Shown here: positions 63,611 through 64,000 of the stretch, piece after piece
Numbering within the stretch: the first letter of the stretch is position 1
Layout of the letters: each line of letters begins with the position of its first letter
Assembly: GCF_000143415.4 (NCBI RefSeq)
Contig: NW_003314266.1
Coordinates: 1,076,463 to 1,140,462, forward strand
From: Selaginella moellendorffii
Taxonomy: Eukaryota > Plantae > Lycopodiophyta
Reading direction: 5' to 3'
DNA: 64,000 nucleotides
Made by a program: the position numbers and the translations under genes
The notes under the pieces: model-generated
Database searches by the model: none
What the model was told of the DNA's origin: nothing
Seen by the model: the letters and a program-made list of their open reading frames with translations, nothing else

Positions 63611-63842
63611 AGAGGAGAGCACCTAAATCAACTTCATGGGCTCCGTGACACTGCCGCCTTTGTCACAAGCCTAGCACCTGCCGTGGATGCATCAACGGCA
63701 CGGACGCCACACTCGTTGCCCTCCTCACGACGCAAAAGCGATGCAAGGTAAGTCGTAGGGTAACCCCCCAGTCCAACTTGGCCGTGGCTTGCCGTCGTGA
63801 ACGAGACCACCTCAAGTCTAGCAAGAACCACCCTGAGAAGCT
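63611..63842 (+). pseudogene. Inverted, deletion-riddled copy of the NTPase gene at ~57130-57525
   Basis: Blocks such as CCGTGAC.CTGCCGCCTTTGTCACAAGCCTAGC, ACGACGCAAAA.CGATGCAAGGTAAGTCG and GCCGTCGTGAACGAGA match the reverse complement of 57130-57525. Confidence 0.85.
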
Positions 63843-64000
63843 AGCTCCTGCACGACACCTTCTCGCGACACAAATAGCCTGACCTGACCTGTAAGTATTG
63901 TTCTTTTAAGGACAAAAAGCAAAAATAACGACAAACAAGCCCTGGAATTGCGCAGCAACTTAACCCCCTGACTCACTGGTGATTCTCCCGGAAGAGTGTA

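Overview
This is eukaryotic plant nuclear DNA. The ~50-60 bp introns, 65-250 bp intergenic gaps, telo-boxes at gene starts and PLS-type PPR gene suggest a compact lycophyte genome such as Selaginella (inference). 1-15.4 kb is a ~3.6 kb direct segmental duplication. Each copy carries a secreted 10-Cys hevein-like peptide gene and a serine carboxypeptidase-like pseudogene, and the copies are separated by degenerate LTR-retrotransposon remnants. 15.4-17.8 kb is a mosaic of copied gene fragments plus a disrupted P-loop ATPase. 18-56 kb is a dense block of conserved genes: FAD oxidoreductase, PPR-E, FHA protein, BIR-like LRR pseudokinase, group-C bZIP, CDPK, SKS oxidase, full-size ABCG/PDR, YODA-like MAP3K, GID8, AIG1/FAR-17a-like, RING, SETD9-like and FAM135-like. 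56-64 kb holds three related Crinkler/RHS-like NTPase loci around a TRS120 pseudogene. The most striking observation is the ABCG/PDR transporter, which appears to have a PDZ-like domain between NBD1 and TMD1 and degenerate catalytic motifs at both nucleotide sites. All family assignments come from motif recognition by eye; no searches were run.
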